Of a stretch of 29,156 bases of DNA, positions 8,561 to 17,419 are shown piece after piece; the first letter of the stretch is position 1, and every line of letters starts with the position of its first letter. The notes beneath the pieces are model-generated. The model was not told where the DNA came from. It worked only from the letters and a program-made list of their open reading frames with translations, and made no database searches. This DNA comes from a virus. Its lineage: Duplodnaviria > Heunggongvirae > Uroviricota > Caudoviricetes. Both the position numbers and the translations under genes were made by a program. The stretch lies in IMG/VR virus record IMGVR_UViG_2734482789_000006, one strand, 5' to 3'.

Positions 8561-10524
8561 GCGCCAAGCTCCTGCCATTCCATAAGCTGGGATGGAGAAA
8601 GTGCTTCTTTGGTATGGAAATGCACTTCACCAATTTTCCGGCTGTTATCGGTTACGGATTTACTGTTGCTGCTGATTGTTTTGCTGATACCACCTTTATC
8701 CACACCTTTTAAATCACCACCCGTTGACAGTGTATTTCCGGTTAATGGCTGCGTGGTTTCACTGACCAGTGAAATATCCACGCCGGGAATTTTATTCAGT
8801 TTCTGAACAATCCAGTTCCACGACTTAAGAAATCCCCCTTTGATTGACTTCCAGACATTATCAAACAGCGACATAATGCCGGAGGCCATCCCCTTTAATG
8901 CTTCAGACGGTGAAAATCCTGTCAGCAAAGAAATAAAGCTGTTCCATCCTTCACTGATATATTGCCAGGCTGAAACAAAGATCCCCGCCAGCCATTTCAC
9001 CACGGCGGCACATGTCTGGAAGGCTCCAGTATTCATCACCGCTGCTTTTATTGTGTCCCAGTGCTTAACCAGCAGATAACAACCGGCAACCAGTAGCGCA
9101 ATGGCACCAATCACAAGCAGGATCGGCCAGCTCATCAGGTTGATACCAATTCCGGCCATTATTGCGGCCATGCGTACCGCCAGTAACGCACCGCGCAAAA
9201 ACTTCAGCGTGGTATTCCAGGCGATTACCGCCATTTGCGCCAGCCAGACAGTGACAGTGTAGATTTTCGTAACCGCCGTTAACGCCACCCAGATCCCGCG
9301 CAATCCCATCATGATGAATCTGGATACCCCCATCACGATATTGGCCACCGCACCCACGGCGGCAAAGCTCAGGAGTGCCATCGACGCATAACCAATCACA
9401 CGGGCAATGTTAGGAAATAACTGCATCCAGCGGGCAAAGGTCTGCCCCATATCGGCCAGGCGATTCAGAACCGGATACAGCACCGGGATCAGCGTCAGCC
9501 CGATCACGGTCTGAATGGCTTTCAGGATTTGCACAAAGCGATCCCACGGCTTAACCATTTTTTGTGCCATTTCCTGGGTACGCTTCAGACCGTCCGCGCC
9601 GCCCAGTTCGGTGATGTTCCGCTGAAGTAACGCGACATTGCCGTAAAGCTGTTTAACCACTGCCGAACTGTCACCAAAGGCTGCATCCAGTTCCGCCTGG
9701 GCTTTCAGGTTCCCTTCAAGGCTTTTGCCATATTTGCCCTGCAACTTGATCAGCATTTCAGGCATGGACAGCATTTTGCCGGTGGAGTCAGTAAAGGACA
9801 GCCCCAGCTTTTTAGCGCCATCAATCGCACCGGTCATAAACCCTTCATAGGCGCTGCTGGCTTCCGTTCCCAGTGTCCGCTGAAGTTGCCCCAGAACGGC
9901 CAGCTGTTCATCCAGTCCCACGCCGTAGTTAGTCCCTACGCCGCGCGCACCTTCCATCAAATCCTTGATAGTGGCCATTTCTGTGCCAAAGGTTTTGCGC
10001 ATATAAACCATCTTGCCCGCCAGCTGCTCGGCAAATTCAACCTTGCCCAGTCTGGCGGCATCGGCGGAAAAGTTACCGAACATCTGCCCCATAAATTCCG
10101 CCGTGTCCGCCGCTGTGGACTTGAGCGCAAAAGCCAGGGTATTGGCGATTTTCGTCACCTTCGGCAGTTCATTACCCGTCAGTCCGGCAATGGAAGCGTT
10201 AATATTTTCCGTGGATTTAACGAACTCCACCGCGCTGGCACCATAGGTTGTACTAAAGCGCAAGGCATCACGCTGAACGGTCTTAAGCGCGGAATCATCA
10301 ATCCCTTTTGCGGCGGCATCATTCAGCGCGTCATACATTTCAATTGCTGGTGATAACGCGCCCTTGATCGCCATCCCGATACCTGCCAGCGCCACTGCAC
10401 CGCCGCCAATCTGCATAAAGGCCGCTTTTGATTTTTCCGCAAAGCCGGTGACGTTACCCTGCACCTGTTTTAACGGGCGGGATAATTTATCAATCAGGCT
10501 TAATGTAAAATCTAATTGTTTCAT
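8557..10524 (-). CDS. Tail tape measure protein
   Basis: 655 aa; helical N-terminal half, several hydrophobic segments in the C-terminal half; directly downstream of the chaperone frameshift cassette. Confidence 0.85.
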   Translation of the reverse strand: MKQLDFTLSLIDKLSRPLKQVQGNVTGFAEKSKAAFMQIGGGAVALAGIGMAIKGALSPAIEMYDALNDAAAKGIDDSALKTVQRDALRFSTTYGASAVEFVKSTENINASIAGLTGNELPKVTKIANTLAFALKSTAADTAEFMGQMFGNFSADAARLGKVEFAEQLAGKMVYMRKTFGTEMATIKDLMEGARGVGTNYGVGLDEQLAVLGQLQRTLGTEASSAYEGFMTGAIDGAKKLGLSFTDSTGKMLSMPEMLIKLQGKYGKSLEGNLKAQAELDAAFGDSSAVVKQLYGNVALLQRNITELGGADGLKRTQEMAQKMVKPWDRFVQILKAIQTVIGLTLIPVLYPVLNRLADMGQTFARWMQLFPNIARVIGYASMALLSFAAVGAVANIVMGVSRFIMMGLRGIWVALTAVTKIYTVTVWLAQMAVIAWNTTLKFLRGALLAVRMAAIMAGIGINLMSWPILLVIGAIALLVAGCYLLVKHWDTIKAAVMNTGAFQTCAAVVKWLAGIFVSAWQYISEGWNSFISLLTGFSPSEALKGMASGIMSLFDNVWKSIKGGFLKSWNWIVQKLNKIPGVDISLVSETTQPLTGNTLSTGGDLKGVDKGGISKTISSNSKSVTDNSRKIGEVHFHTKEALSPSQLMEWQELGA

Positions 10525-10721
10525 TCAGTGCCTTTAAATGCTTTTGCCACACCATTGGCCACGGCTATTCCCGTATATTCCCAGTGACGATTATCCAGCC
10601 AGATAGCGGCGGCGATATCATCAACGGAATCCTGACCATGCGGCAAATAATGACGGCGAAGAATTAAATATTGTTCGAGTCCATTTCTTTCGATTTCATG
10701 GACTCGCTTTGTCAGTTTTTT
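10521..10721 (-). other. Programmed -1 frameshift extension of the tail chaperone
   Basis: Slippery heptamer A-AAA-AAC (plus coordinates 10715-10721) is in the correct zero-frame register immediately before the chaperone stop. The -1 frame is then open for 65 codons and ends at a TGA (10521-10523) that overlaps the tape-measure ATG (10522-10524). Confidence 0.6.
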
Positions 10722-10972
10722 ACTTCAATTTCCAGTTCAGGCGCATAAATATCATTTACTTTGCCAACCAGTTGAAGTGCAGCCCCCGGACGCTTTAATA
10801 CTTCTGCCAGTGCTTCTTTACTTTCCGTTGCCACAATTCGCGTCAGATAGTTATGTGCCGGGGCAACTTTATTATCCATCGCCATTTCATTAATAAATTT
10901 GTTGTAGGCAGTCTGATTTGGCTCAAAAACAATATCAACACCACAAACACACAGTTTAATTTGTTCCATCAC
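10712..10972 (-). CDS. Tail assembly chaperone (zero-frame product)
   Basis: 86-aa ORF directly upstream of the tape measure gene, ending ...EIEVKN-stop on the slippery site. Confidence 0.65.
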   Translation of the reverse strand: MMEQIKLCVCGVDIVFEPNQTAYNKFINEMAMDNKVAPAHNYLTRIVATESKEALAEVLKRPGAALQLVGKVNDIYAPELEIEVKN

Positions 10973-11255
10973 TCATACTCTCTCTTAAATTAATTTCGTC
11001 CACTAACTGATTATGACGCGCAGCACACTGCCCATAAATTTCAGGATAAATTGTCAGTAATTCTGCTGCGTCTTTTCCTGTCGTACCGTTCAGGCGCGGC
11101 AGCTGCGTGGTGCATTTAGTTTTCAGGTTTTCCTGATAACGCACGTTCGGTACCGGCTGCGGCGCTGTTGTACATGCTGACAAACTCATCAGACAGACAA
11201 CGATTGGTAAAAACGGGCTTAAGTATTTCCGTGCGTATCTCTCGCGGTGCCACAT
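10956..11255 (-). CDS. o-spanin (Rz1-like outer-membrane lipoprotein)
   Basis: Basic n-region, hydrophobic core, LSAC lipobox, then a proline-rich mature part (CTTAPQPVPNV); starts inside the Rz-like gene in another frame and runs past its end. Confidence 0.6.
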   Translation of the reverse strand: MWHRERYARKYLSPFLPIVVCLMSLSACTTAPQPVPNVRYQENLKTKCTTQLPRLNGTTGKDAAELLTIYPEIYGQCAARHNQLVDEINLRESMSDGTN

Positions 11256-11454
11256 TTTTTAACGCCTCCAGTTTATCTTCCAGCACTCTGGCCGAATCAC
11301 TGGCAATACCCTGCATTGCTTTTCGCGATTCATTACCGGCCACCTGCGCCGCTGTATTGATTGCCAGCTCTAAGCTGTCACGCCGCCAGTCAGCGGTCAG
11401 CCAGCCCCAGACAAACGCCAGCGCCACCACAACCAGCCACTGCCCGCTGCTCAT
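11116..11454 (-). CDS. i-spanin (Rz-like)
   Basis: 112 aa with an N-terminal transmembrane segment (WLVVVALAFVWGWL) and a helical periplasmic part; start overlaps the endolysin stop by 1 nt. Confidence 0.65.
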   Translation of the reverse strand: MSSGQWLVVVALAFVWGWLTADWRRDSLELAINTAAQVAGNESRKAMQGIASDSARVLEDKLEALKNVAPREIRTEILKPVFTNRCLSDEFVSMYNSAAAGTERALSGKPEN

Positions 11455-11795
11455 CAGCGCACCCCGTTATGTTCCAGACTGAAATGATTGCCATCCGGTC
11501 TGGATTTGAAGCGTCCGCCCCAGGCACCACCCAGTGATTCCCAGTATTCCCCCAGAGGCAGATAATCTTCTGTGCGGGTTTTGTACTGACCGTTCACGAA
11601 CAGATTGAAATCCACCGCCAACCGCTGGGTGTGCAGACTGTTAGAAATGCCGCTGCCTTTCTTCGCATTCAGCGCGGCCTGTTCTGGTGTACGGTACGCT
11701 TCACCAAACGTCAGCCACATGCCATTTGCATTGGCATATTGAATTAACAACGCAATCATTGATGTAAACCGTTGCTGTTTTTCACTCAGGGTCAT
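11454..11795 (-). CDS. Endolysin, zinc metallopeptidase (peptidase M15 / LAS type)
   Basis: SLHTQRLAVD (H-x6-D) and DGNHF motifs typical of L-alanyl-D-glutamate peptidase endolysins. Start taken at MTLSEKQQ (ATG 11793-11795); the listed ORF extends upstream to 11912. Confidence 0.7.
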   Translation of the reverse strand: MTLSEKQQRFTSMIALLIQYANANGMWLTFGEAYRTPEQAALNAKKGSGISNSLHTQRLAVDFNLFVNGQYKTRTEDYLPLGEYWESLGGAWGGRFKSRPDGNHFSLEHNGVR

Positions 11796-12084
11796 TTGTC
11801 TTGCTCCCGTTCTGCTTTTCCGCTGCACGTCTGCGCAGCCACACTTCCACCGCTTGATAACCGGCAATCCCCAGCGCCGCCCCCAGCCCCTGAATGGCCA
11901 GCGGGCTGGCATCCGGGATCTGAATCAGCACCGCCCCGGCCACCACTGAAACCAGACTGCCCAGGATCACGCGACCGGCAAACAGGCGCGGCGTGATGGG
12001 GTCATTACTGGTCAGCACATTGCCGATGGCAATCAGTGCGCCAATGATCAGCAGTGAATAAAGGCTCTTTTCATGCTCCTGCAT
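11782..12084 (-). CDS. Holin (putative)
   Basis: 100 aa, two hydrophobic transmembrane segments and a charged C-terminus (RRRAAEKQNGSKTNDPE), immediately upstream of the endolysin. Confidence 0.6.
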   Translation of the reverse strand: MQEHEKSLYSLLIIGALIAIGNVLTSNDPITPRLFAGRVILGSLVSVVAGAVLIQIPDASPLAIQGLGAALGIAGYQAVEVWLRRRAAEKQNGSKTNDPE

Positions 12085-12093
12085 CCCTGCCCC

Positions 12094-12549
12094 TTATCCG
12101 ATCAGGTTTTCTGTGGCTTCCGCTTCCAGATACGGCACACCGTTGATGTTGACGAATTTCGGACTGGTCACGAAATATTTGATTTTGTGCGTGGTCACAC
12201 CGCCACCTTTCGGATCAATATCCAGCAGGTTGCTGACCTGCAATTTATTGCCGAACGTCTCCACCTTCATTTCTTCGCTACTGGCTTTGGCATAGAAAAG
12301 AAAATCAAGTGGGGGAAGCCCACGCCATGAACCCGCTGCACGGGCTTTGGCTGTCAGCACCTGAAGTGTTTTTGAACTGACTTCAATTTCCCCCTCAGCA
12401 GCAACATCGCCATCCACATACCCGTCAGGGACGCCACGCGTCTGGGCGGCAGCGCTGTTATCCGTAATATCGAGCGTGATTTTCTCGATATGGATCAGAT
12501 CGCCGTCCATATAGGTGTCAAACGACATACCCGAAATACGTTTAGTCAT
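12094..12549 (-). CDS. Tail tube protein (putative)
   Basis: 151 aa directly downstream of the sheath gene with overlapping stop/start; canonical sheath-tube order. Confidence 0.55.
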   Translation of the reverse strand: MTKRISGMSFDTYMDGDLIHIEKITLDITDNSAAAQTRGVPDGYVDGDVAAEGEIEVSSKTLQVLTAKARAAGSWRGLPPLDFLFYAKASSEEMKVETFGNKLQVSNLLDIDPKGGGVTTHKIKYFVTSPKFVNINGVPYLEAEATENLIG

Positions 12550-13673
12550 GCTGTGGCCTCCAGACTCGCATCCAGTAACAGACTGATGGTGATTTGCAGC
12601 GGCACTTCCCAGGTGCGTACCACAATGTAAATATCCACCGCCTTTTTGTTTTTCCAGACAATGGTCACATCACCATCCTGCGGCGGCTTCACCTCACCCG
12701 GAAATGACACACCGTTAATGCTGGCCGCAGTGGACATTTCACGCAGTGGACGGGCAAACAGTGTCTGATGTGCGGCGATACTTCCCGGCGTACTGTTCAG
12801 CGAGCGATCCGCGATTTTGCTGATAGCCAGCAGACGAACACGGCGGGCAGCTTTATCCGCAACGCGCAGGGTTTCAATCGACTGGTAATCGCCGCCCTCA
12901 ACATCCAGCGTGCGGCCATCTGCCCAGTAAAAGCCGTCATAATCCGGGTACCACATCGGCACACTGAAACGCTGTGCTTCAAGCGCCTGAAGTGTGGCCA
13001 GTTCCAGCACTTCTCCAGTGCCATCAACCGGCATTTCATCACTGCCCAGATTCATCAGAGCACCGGTTTTAACCCGCGCCGGACTGTCAGCAATGGTTAC
13101 CGCACGGCTACACAGGCGACCAGCCAGCACGCCCGGTTCATTTCCCCACAGGCGGGGAACCAGCTGCACCGCCTTTTCTGCAATGCCATCCTGAAGGGTG
13201 GCCATGCGTACCAGATAATCCGCCTGGGCTTCTTCGTCCTGCATTCCCTGCGCAGCCAGGATGAACCACACCCAGCGGCCATACTTTGAAATCAGGGTGG
13301 ATCGTAACGTCACGGCCTGATTTACCTGCGCTTTAGCGGTCACATCGTCAGACAGCACCACGCCTTCCACAGAGCACACTACCTGCGCGGCCAGAACCGC
13401 TTTCACCCAGGCATCTGCCTCCGCGTCAGCTGGCAGGACGTGAATGAATCCCCACCAGTTCTGGCCAGCGTTCGCCAGCGCAGCCAGAACATCATTTTTC
13501 AGCGGACTGGCTTCCTCACCCAGCAGTGAATCAAAATCACTCTGGGCATTCACCGCCAGCGTTTTCCCCACATTTTTGGTACCCGTACCGATAAACAGCA
13601 GTGTGCGTTCCACCTCATTGGTTTCACCCAGCAGCTGATTTACCTGGTTTACGGTCACAATTGGCCAGGTCAT
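12546..13673 (-). CDS. Tail sheath protein (putative, not P2 FI-like)
   Basis: 375 aa, first large gene of the tail module, followed by the tube gene; no visible resemblance to P2 FI as I recall it. Confidence 0.6.
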   Translation of the reverse strand: MTWPIVTVNQVNQLLGETNEVERTLLFIGTGTKNVGKTLAVNAQSDFDSLLGEEASPLKNDVLAALANAGQNWWGFIHVLPADAEADAWVKAVLAAQVVCSVEGVVLSDDVTAKAQVNQAVTLRSTLISKYGRWVWFILAAQGMQDEEAQADYLVRMATLQDGIAEKAVQLVPRLWGNEPGVLAGRLCSRAVTIADSPARVKTGALMNLGSDEMPVDGTGEVLELATLQALEAQRFSVPMWYPDYDGFYWADGRTLDVEGGDYQSIETLRVADKAARRVRLLAISKIADRSLNSTPGSIAAHQTLFARPLREMSTAASINGVSFPGEVKPPQDGDVTIVWKNKKAVDIYIVVRTWEVPLQITISLLLDASLEATA

Positions 13674-14377
13674 GCTTTCCCCTTAATATCCTGCGCTTTA
13701 ACGTCCCAGCCAAAGCCGATGGCCTGAAGCTGACGCGCCAGCGCCTTGTCAAATTCATCATCATTCATGCCCAGAAACACACGGGCAGGAAGATCCACTG
13801 TCCAGCTGGTTTTCACGGCTTTACCGCTGAGTTTTCGAATCAGCAGCCCCGCCTGGCTGTACGGCATCGTTTTGGTGATTTCGCCCAGTGTGGGCTTTTT
13901 CCATCTCTTACCGGTTTTCACCCGGTATCCCAGCGCCCGTAATTTTTTGGCCTGGGCAGGCGTCGCCATTTTCCCGGCCTCTGCCTTCCGTGGCTGATTA
14001 CTGCGGCTGACCTTTACGCGCATTCCGTTTTGTTGCGCGTAACCCACCGTTCCGGCTGGTACCGGCGTTTCCCCGTTCCGGTATCCGCCGCCCTGTAAAT
14101 AGATCCGCACAGTCTGAATTTCTGGCATTTCACGGATATGCAGCAGCTTTGGCAGGTTGCGCAGCATCTTCCCTTTGCGTTTTGTCTTACGTCCCGGCCA
14201 CTTCTGGCCATCCGGAGATTCCTGATTGCGCACATGTCGTTTTGCCGCAGCAATCACGCCATATTTGGCCAGACGCCAGATCAGACGCTGTCGTTTTCTC
14301 GGCGGCAGCTCCATGCTGGCCAGTGCCTTGCGCAATTCGGCCAGCTGTTTTTTATTCAGCTCGCCACCGGCAATCAT
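13670..14377 (-). CDS. Virion morphogenesis / tail completion protein (putative)
   Basis: 235 aa with a strongly basic central region, between the head-completion region and the sheath gene; coupled to both neighbours. Confidence 0.45.
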   Translation of the reverse strand: MIAGGELNKKQLAELRKALASMELPPRKRQRLIWRLAKYGVIAAAKRHVRNQESPDGQKWPGRKTKRKGKMLRNLPKLLHIREMPEIQTVRIYLQGGGYRNGETPVPAGTVGYAQQNGMRVKVSRSNQPRKAEAGKMATPAQAKKLRALGYRVKTGKRWKKPTLGEITKTMPYSQAGLLIRKLSGKAVKTSWTVDLPARVFLGMNDDEFDKALARQLQAIGFGWDVKAQDIKGKA

Positions 14378-14880
14378 TCGCTATCCCCCACCGGCGCCCC
14401 GGCCTCATCCACGCTGTAAATACTGGCGGTCAGTGCCGTCCAGATTTCAGGCTCAACCAGTGACCAGCGCTCACCCCGCCACGGAATAGCCCCGTTTTCG
14501 TCCTGCCTGATCACCAGTTCTTCCACCATCGGAACAGTCAGCACCACAGTGGCCACTTCCTCATCCTCCACCGACACATCCCAGTCCGGTTCGGCTTCAC
14601 TCAGCCCCACTTCATCCAGTAGTTCCCTGTCAGCATCATCCAGCCATGCCGCCAGTAAGGACATAAGCAACTGCGGCGGGCACAGGCGATACGGGAAACG
14701 CTCCCAGCTCAGAACCGCGTCATATCGGATCACCGCCTGGCGATATTGTCCCAGCCCGTAATCCTTCGCCGCAGGAATGAACTTCATCTCATCCAGCACA
14801 CTGTCAAATGACTTCATTGCGCGGGGCGGGACGTTCTCTTTAAAAAATGCGGTCAGGCTCTGGATCTGCGTCTGGCTCAT
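14374..14880 (-). CDS. Head-tail joining / tail completion protein (putative)
   Basis: 168-aa acidic protein, ATGA overlap with the gpL-like stop; assigned by position only. Confidence 0.4.
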   Translation of the reverse strand: MSQTQIQSLTAFFKENVPPRAMKSFDSVLDEMKFIPAAKDYGLGQYRQAVIRYDAVLSWERFPYRLCPPQLLMSLLAAWLDDADRELLDEVGLSEAEPDWDVSVEDEEVATVVLTVPMVEELVIRQDENGAIPWRGERWSLVEPEIWTALTASIYSVDEAGAPVGDSE

Positions 14881-15329
14881 ACTTTTTTCACCGTTGCCCG
14901 TTTCAACCCTTTCATACGGCGGATAACCACCGATGCTTCAGCCAGTAACCCGGCGCGGGTTTCCATGCTTTCCTGTCCCGGATGGGTATCACGCCGCCCG
15001 ATGGTGGCGAACTCACCCAGCAGATCCGCTTTTGCCCTGGCAAAAACGGCCTTCATGTACTGGGCACACAGGCTGTTCAGTCCGCCCATTTTTACGCCTG
15101 GTACCTCTGCCGCCAGCGTGTGGCCTTTCGCTTTCCAGCTGGCTTCCACGTTTTCCAGCTCCGCATTCACCTCCGCCACTGCCGCAAGCAACGCCTGGCT
15201 GATGGTGTCAGCGTCAATATCTGGCGGTAGTGACCGCTGCGCCTGAAAATCCTTCAGATTCAGGTCTGGCCAGAATCCGTTATTGGTCAGCGGTTCATCC
15301 TGATAATCCAGCGGCTTTCCGCTAAACAT
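14877..15329 (-). CDS. Head completion/stabilisation protein (P2 gpL-like)
   Basis: Position after the small terminase subunit, as for P2 gpL. Start taken at MFSGKPLDYQ (ATG 15327-15329) with GGGGGA SD 4 nt upstream; the listed ORF extends to 15380. Confidence 0.6.
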   Translation of the reverse strand: MFSGKPLDYQDEPLTNNGFWPDLNLKDFQAQRSLPPDIDADTISQALLAAVAEVNAELENVEASWKAKGHTLAAEVPGVKMGGLNSLCAQYMKAVFARAKADLLGEFATIGRRDTHPGQESMETRAGLLAEASVVIRRMKGLKRATVKKV

Positions 15330-15425
15330 AAATCCCCCGAAAAAGGCGGACTGGCCGGTTTCCACGGCGCAGTTACACACAATGTGTTCTGCCCTCCACC
15401 GCGTCCGCCTGGCTTGCGGTAGTCT

Positions 15426-15623
15426 TTAAAGCTGAACTGGGGTCAGTTCACCCTCATCAAACCAGGCATCTACAGCCCGGCCATCAGCAGCCAGATAGTG
15501 GATCAGGTATTGATTAGTGCAGTTGGTATACTCTGCACGGGCTTTCACATGCCCTTCTTCACCACTGATAGTAACTGCCACTACCTGCCCCAATTCATGT
15601 TTGAATTTGATACGTGTTGCCAT
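15426..15623 (-). CDS. Small hypothetical protein (65 aa) between small terminase and head completion genes
   Basis: ATG 2 nt after the TAA stop of the gpM-like gene; P2 has no gene at this position. Confidence 0.4.
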   Translation of the reverse strand: MATRIKFKHELGQVVAVTISGEEGHVKARAEYTNCTNQYLIHYLAADGRAVDAWFDEGELTPVQL

Positions 15624-15625
15624 TT

Positions 15626-16330
15626 TTAAACTCCGTTTTCGAGGCGTCGAATACGGGCGGCAATCGTCTGCCGTGTAGTCTTTACGCCAATTTTTAAGTA
15701 GTGTTTTTCTGCAATGGCCAACAGTTGATCGGCCTTTTTCAGCGTTTCAATATCATCCACGCCCGCCGCCGTTTTCTGGCCATCGTCATTGCGTAGCAAC
15801 TCCAGACCGGCAAACTTGAACCATTTGGCCGTCACCTGCTCATGCAGTCGCCAGGTGTTTGCCACCCGCTCAAACGTGCGGGTGAAATAAGGCTCAACAC
15901 TTTCCCCGCGCCCTGCGGTTTCCTGCGCCCATTCCAGCATCGTATCCGCCACAAACGTGGGGAAATTGCTGCGCAACCGATCCGGGGTTGCCTGCTGCTG
16001 ACTGATTGCAATGTCAGCCCAGTCCAGCGCCTTATCCAGATCGCCCACGTCAAACAGCCAGATAACACACCAGGCGAAAACCGGATTTGCATACACCTGG
16101 CCGCTCTCCAGATAGGCTTCCACAGTAGGAACCCAGCGCGGCAACAGCACATCGCGTTTATATTCGACGCGATCGGCGATGGTAGGCAGACTTCGAACGT
16201 GTTCCACATCCGTTTCCAGCGCCCTGATCAGCAGATGCATACTTTCTGTGGTTTCCAGTGCCTGGCTGCGCTTCAGCTTTTGTTCCATTGCAATACGCTG
16301 GCTGTGACGCTGCGCGGGGGAAAGTGCCAT
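15626..16330 (-). CDS. Terminase small subunit (P2 gpM-like)
   Basis: 234 aa directly after the major capsid gene, in P2 O-N-M-L order. Confidence 0.7.
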   Translation of the reverse strand: MALSPAQRHSQRIAMEQKLKRSQALETTESMHLLIRALETDVEHVRSLPTIADRVEYKRDVLLPRWVPTVEAYLESGQVYANPVFAWCVIWLFDVGDLDKALDWADIAISQQQATPDRLRSNFPTFVADTMLEWAQETAGRGESVEPYFTRTFERVANTWRLHEQVTAKWFKFAGLELLRNDDGQKTAAGVDDIETLKKADQLLAIAEKHYLKIGVKTTRQTIAARIRRLENGV

Positions 16331-16333
16331 TTA

Positions 16334-17371
16334 TCAGCCCTCCACCGGTTCGGAGACTTTGCCGATTGTCACAGCGGATTCATCAATGGCCGCATACAGC
16401 TCCGGCACTTCCACCGCGTAACCTTCATTGCGCAGGTATTTGTTTTCGAACTGCTTACGATCTTCAACAAACTCCGCCTTACGCATACGGGTATTGCGCT
16501 GGGTGTAGATGTGCAGATTAGAAAGCGGCGTCACTACCATGCGTTTACCCGGCATAAACGGCGGGATAATGGCCTGACGGCCAGCAATGGTGCTTCCCAG
16601 CATCTGCGCAGCAATTTTTTCAGTCGGACGGTCTGCTGCCTGATACAGTCGGTACTGTTCAGCAGCGACCAGATCGGCACCGACCAGGACAACCAGACGC
16701 GGGTCATTGCGGAACTGCGCCGGGATTTTGGCGTTAATCAGATCGGACGCCATTGCATCCAGTGACTTGTAATCCCCGGCCTCATCGAGCACCACGGGAT
16801 CGGTCATAATCTGATTGCCACCCAGCAGCGTTTTCATTCGCTCATGCCAGCCGACGTTCACATCTTCGCCGTTCGGGTTAGCTTCTGGATCAGTGGTTTT
16901 TGCGCGGCTTTTACCGTTAAAACCAATACGCAGCATATCCAGTGCAAAAGCCTGCGTGGTGAATGCCTGGACAAGGTTGAAAAACTCGTTTTCATCCTTA
17001 CCCGCATTTGCCCAGACCGAAAGCAGATCCCAGCGCAACGCGGCGCAGCTGTCTGTCTCAACCAGCGAATAGTCATTACCGTCAACACCCACACGACGAA
17101 TAAAACGGCCATTTTCGCTGCGGCCGGTATGCAGCACGGAAGAACCGACAGAGATCACCTGACCACTCAACTGGTCAACATCCAGACAGGTGATCATGTT
17201 CAGGAACTCGACGGACTCCAGCAACGCAAGACGCAGCGCATTTTCCTGCGGGTCATTCAGGGAAAAATAACGACTGGTATCACGGGCGCCAAAATGCTGC
17301 GCCATCCCCGCCGAATATTTATCCAGTAAATCCCGCGCACGATTATTAAGGTGCATAAAACTCCCTCGCAA
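16334..17371 (-). CDS. Major capsid protein (P2 gpN-like)
   Basis: 345 aa with segments resembling P2 gpN as I recall it (GFNG, VGW, DPRLVVLVG); follows the scaffold gene. Confidence 0.85.
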   Translation of the reverse strand: MRGSFMHLNNRARDLLDKYSAGMAQHFGARDTSRYFSLNDPQENALRLALLESVEFLNMITCLDVDQLSGQVISVGSSVLHTGRSENGRFIRRVGVDGNDYSLVETDSCAALRWDLLSVWANAGKDENEFFNLVQAFTTQAFALDMLRIGFNGKSRAKTTDPEANPNGEDVNVGWHERMKTLLGGNQIMTDPVVLDEAGDYKSLDAMASDLINAKIPAQFRNDPRLVVLVGADLVAAEQYRLYQAADRPTEKIAAQMLGSTIAGRQAIIPPFMPGKRMVVTPLSNLHIYTQRNTRMRKAEFVEDRKQFENKYLRNEGYAVEVPELYAAIDESAVTIGKVSEPVEG

Positions 17372-17419
17372 TTAAGCGATATATAAAATTTATTCTGGGC
17401 TAATCAGCGTTAAAGCGAA

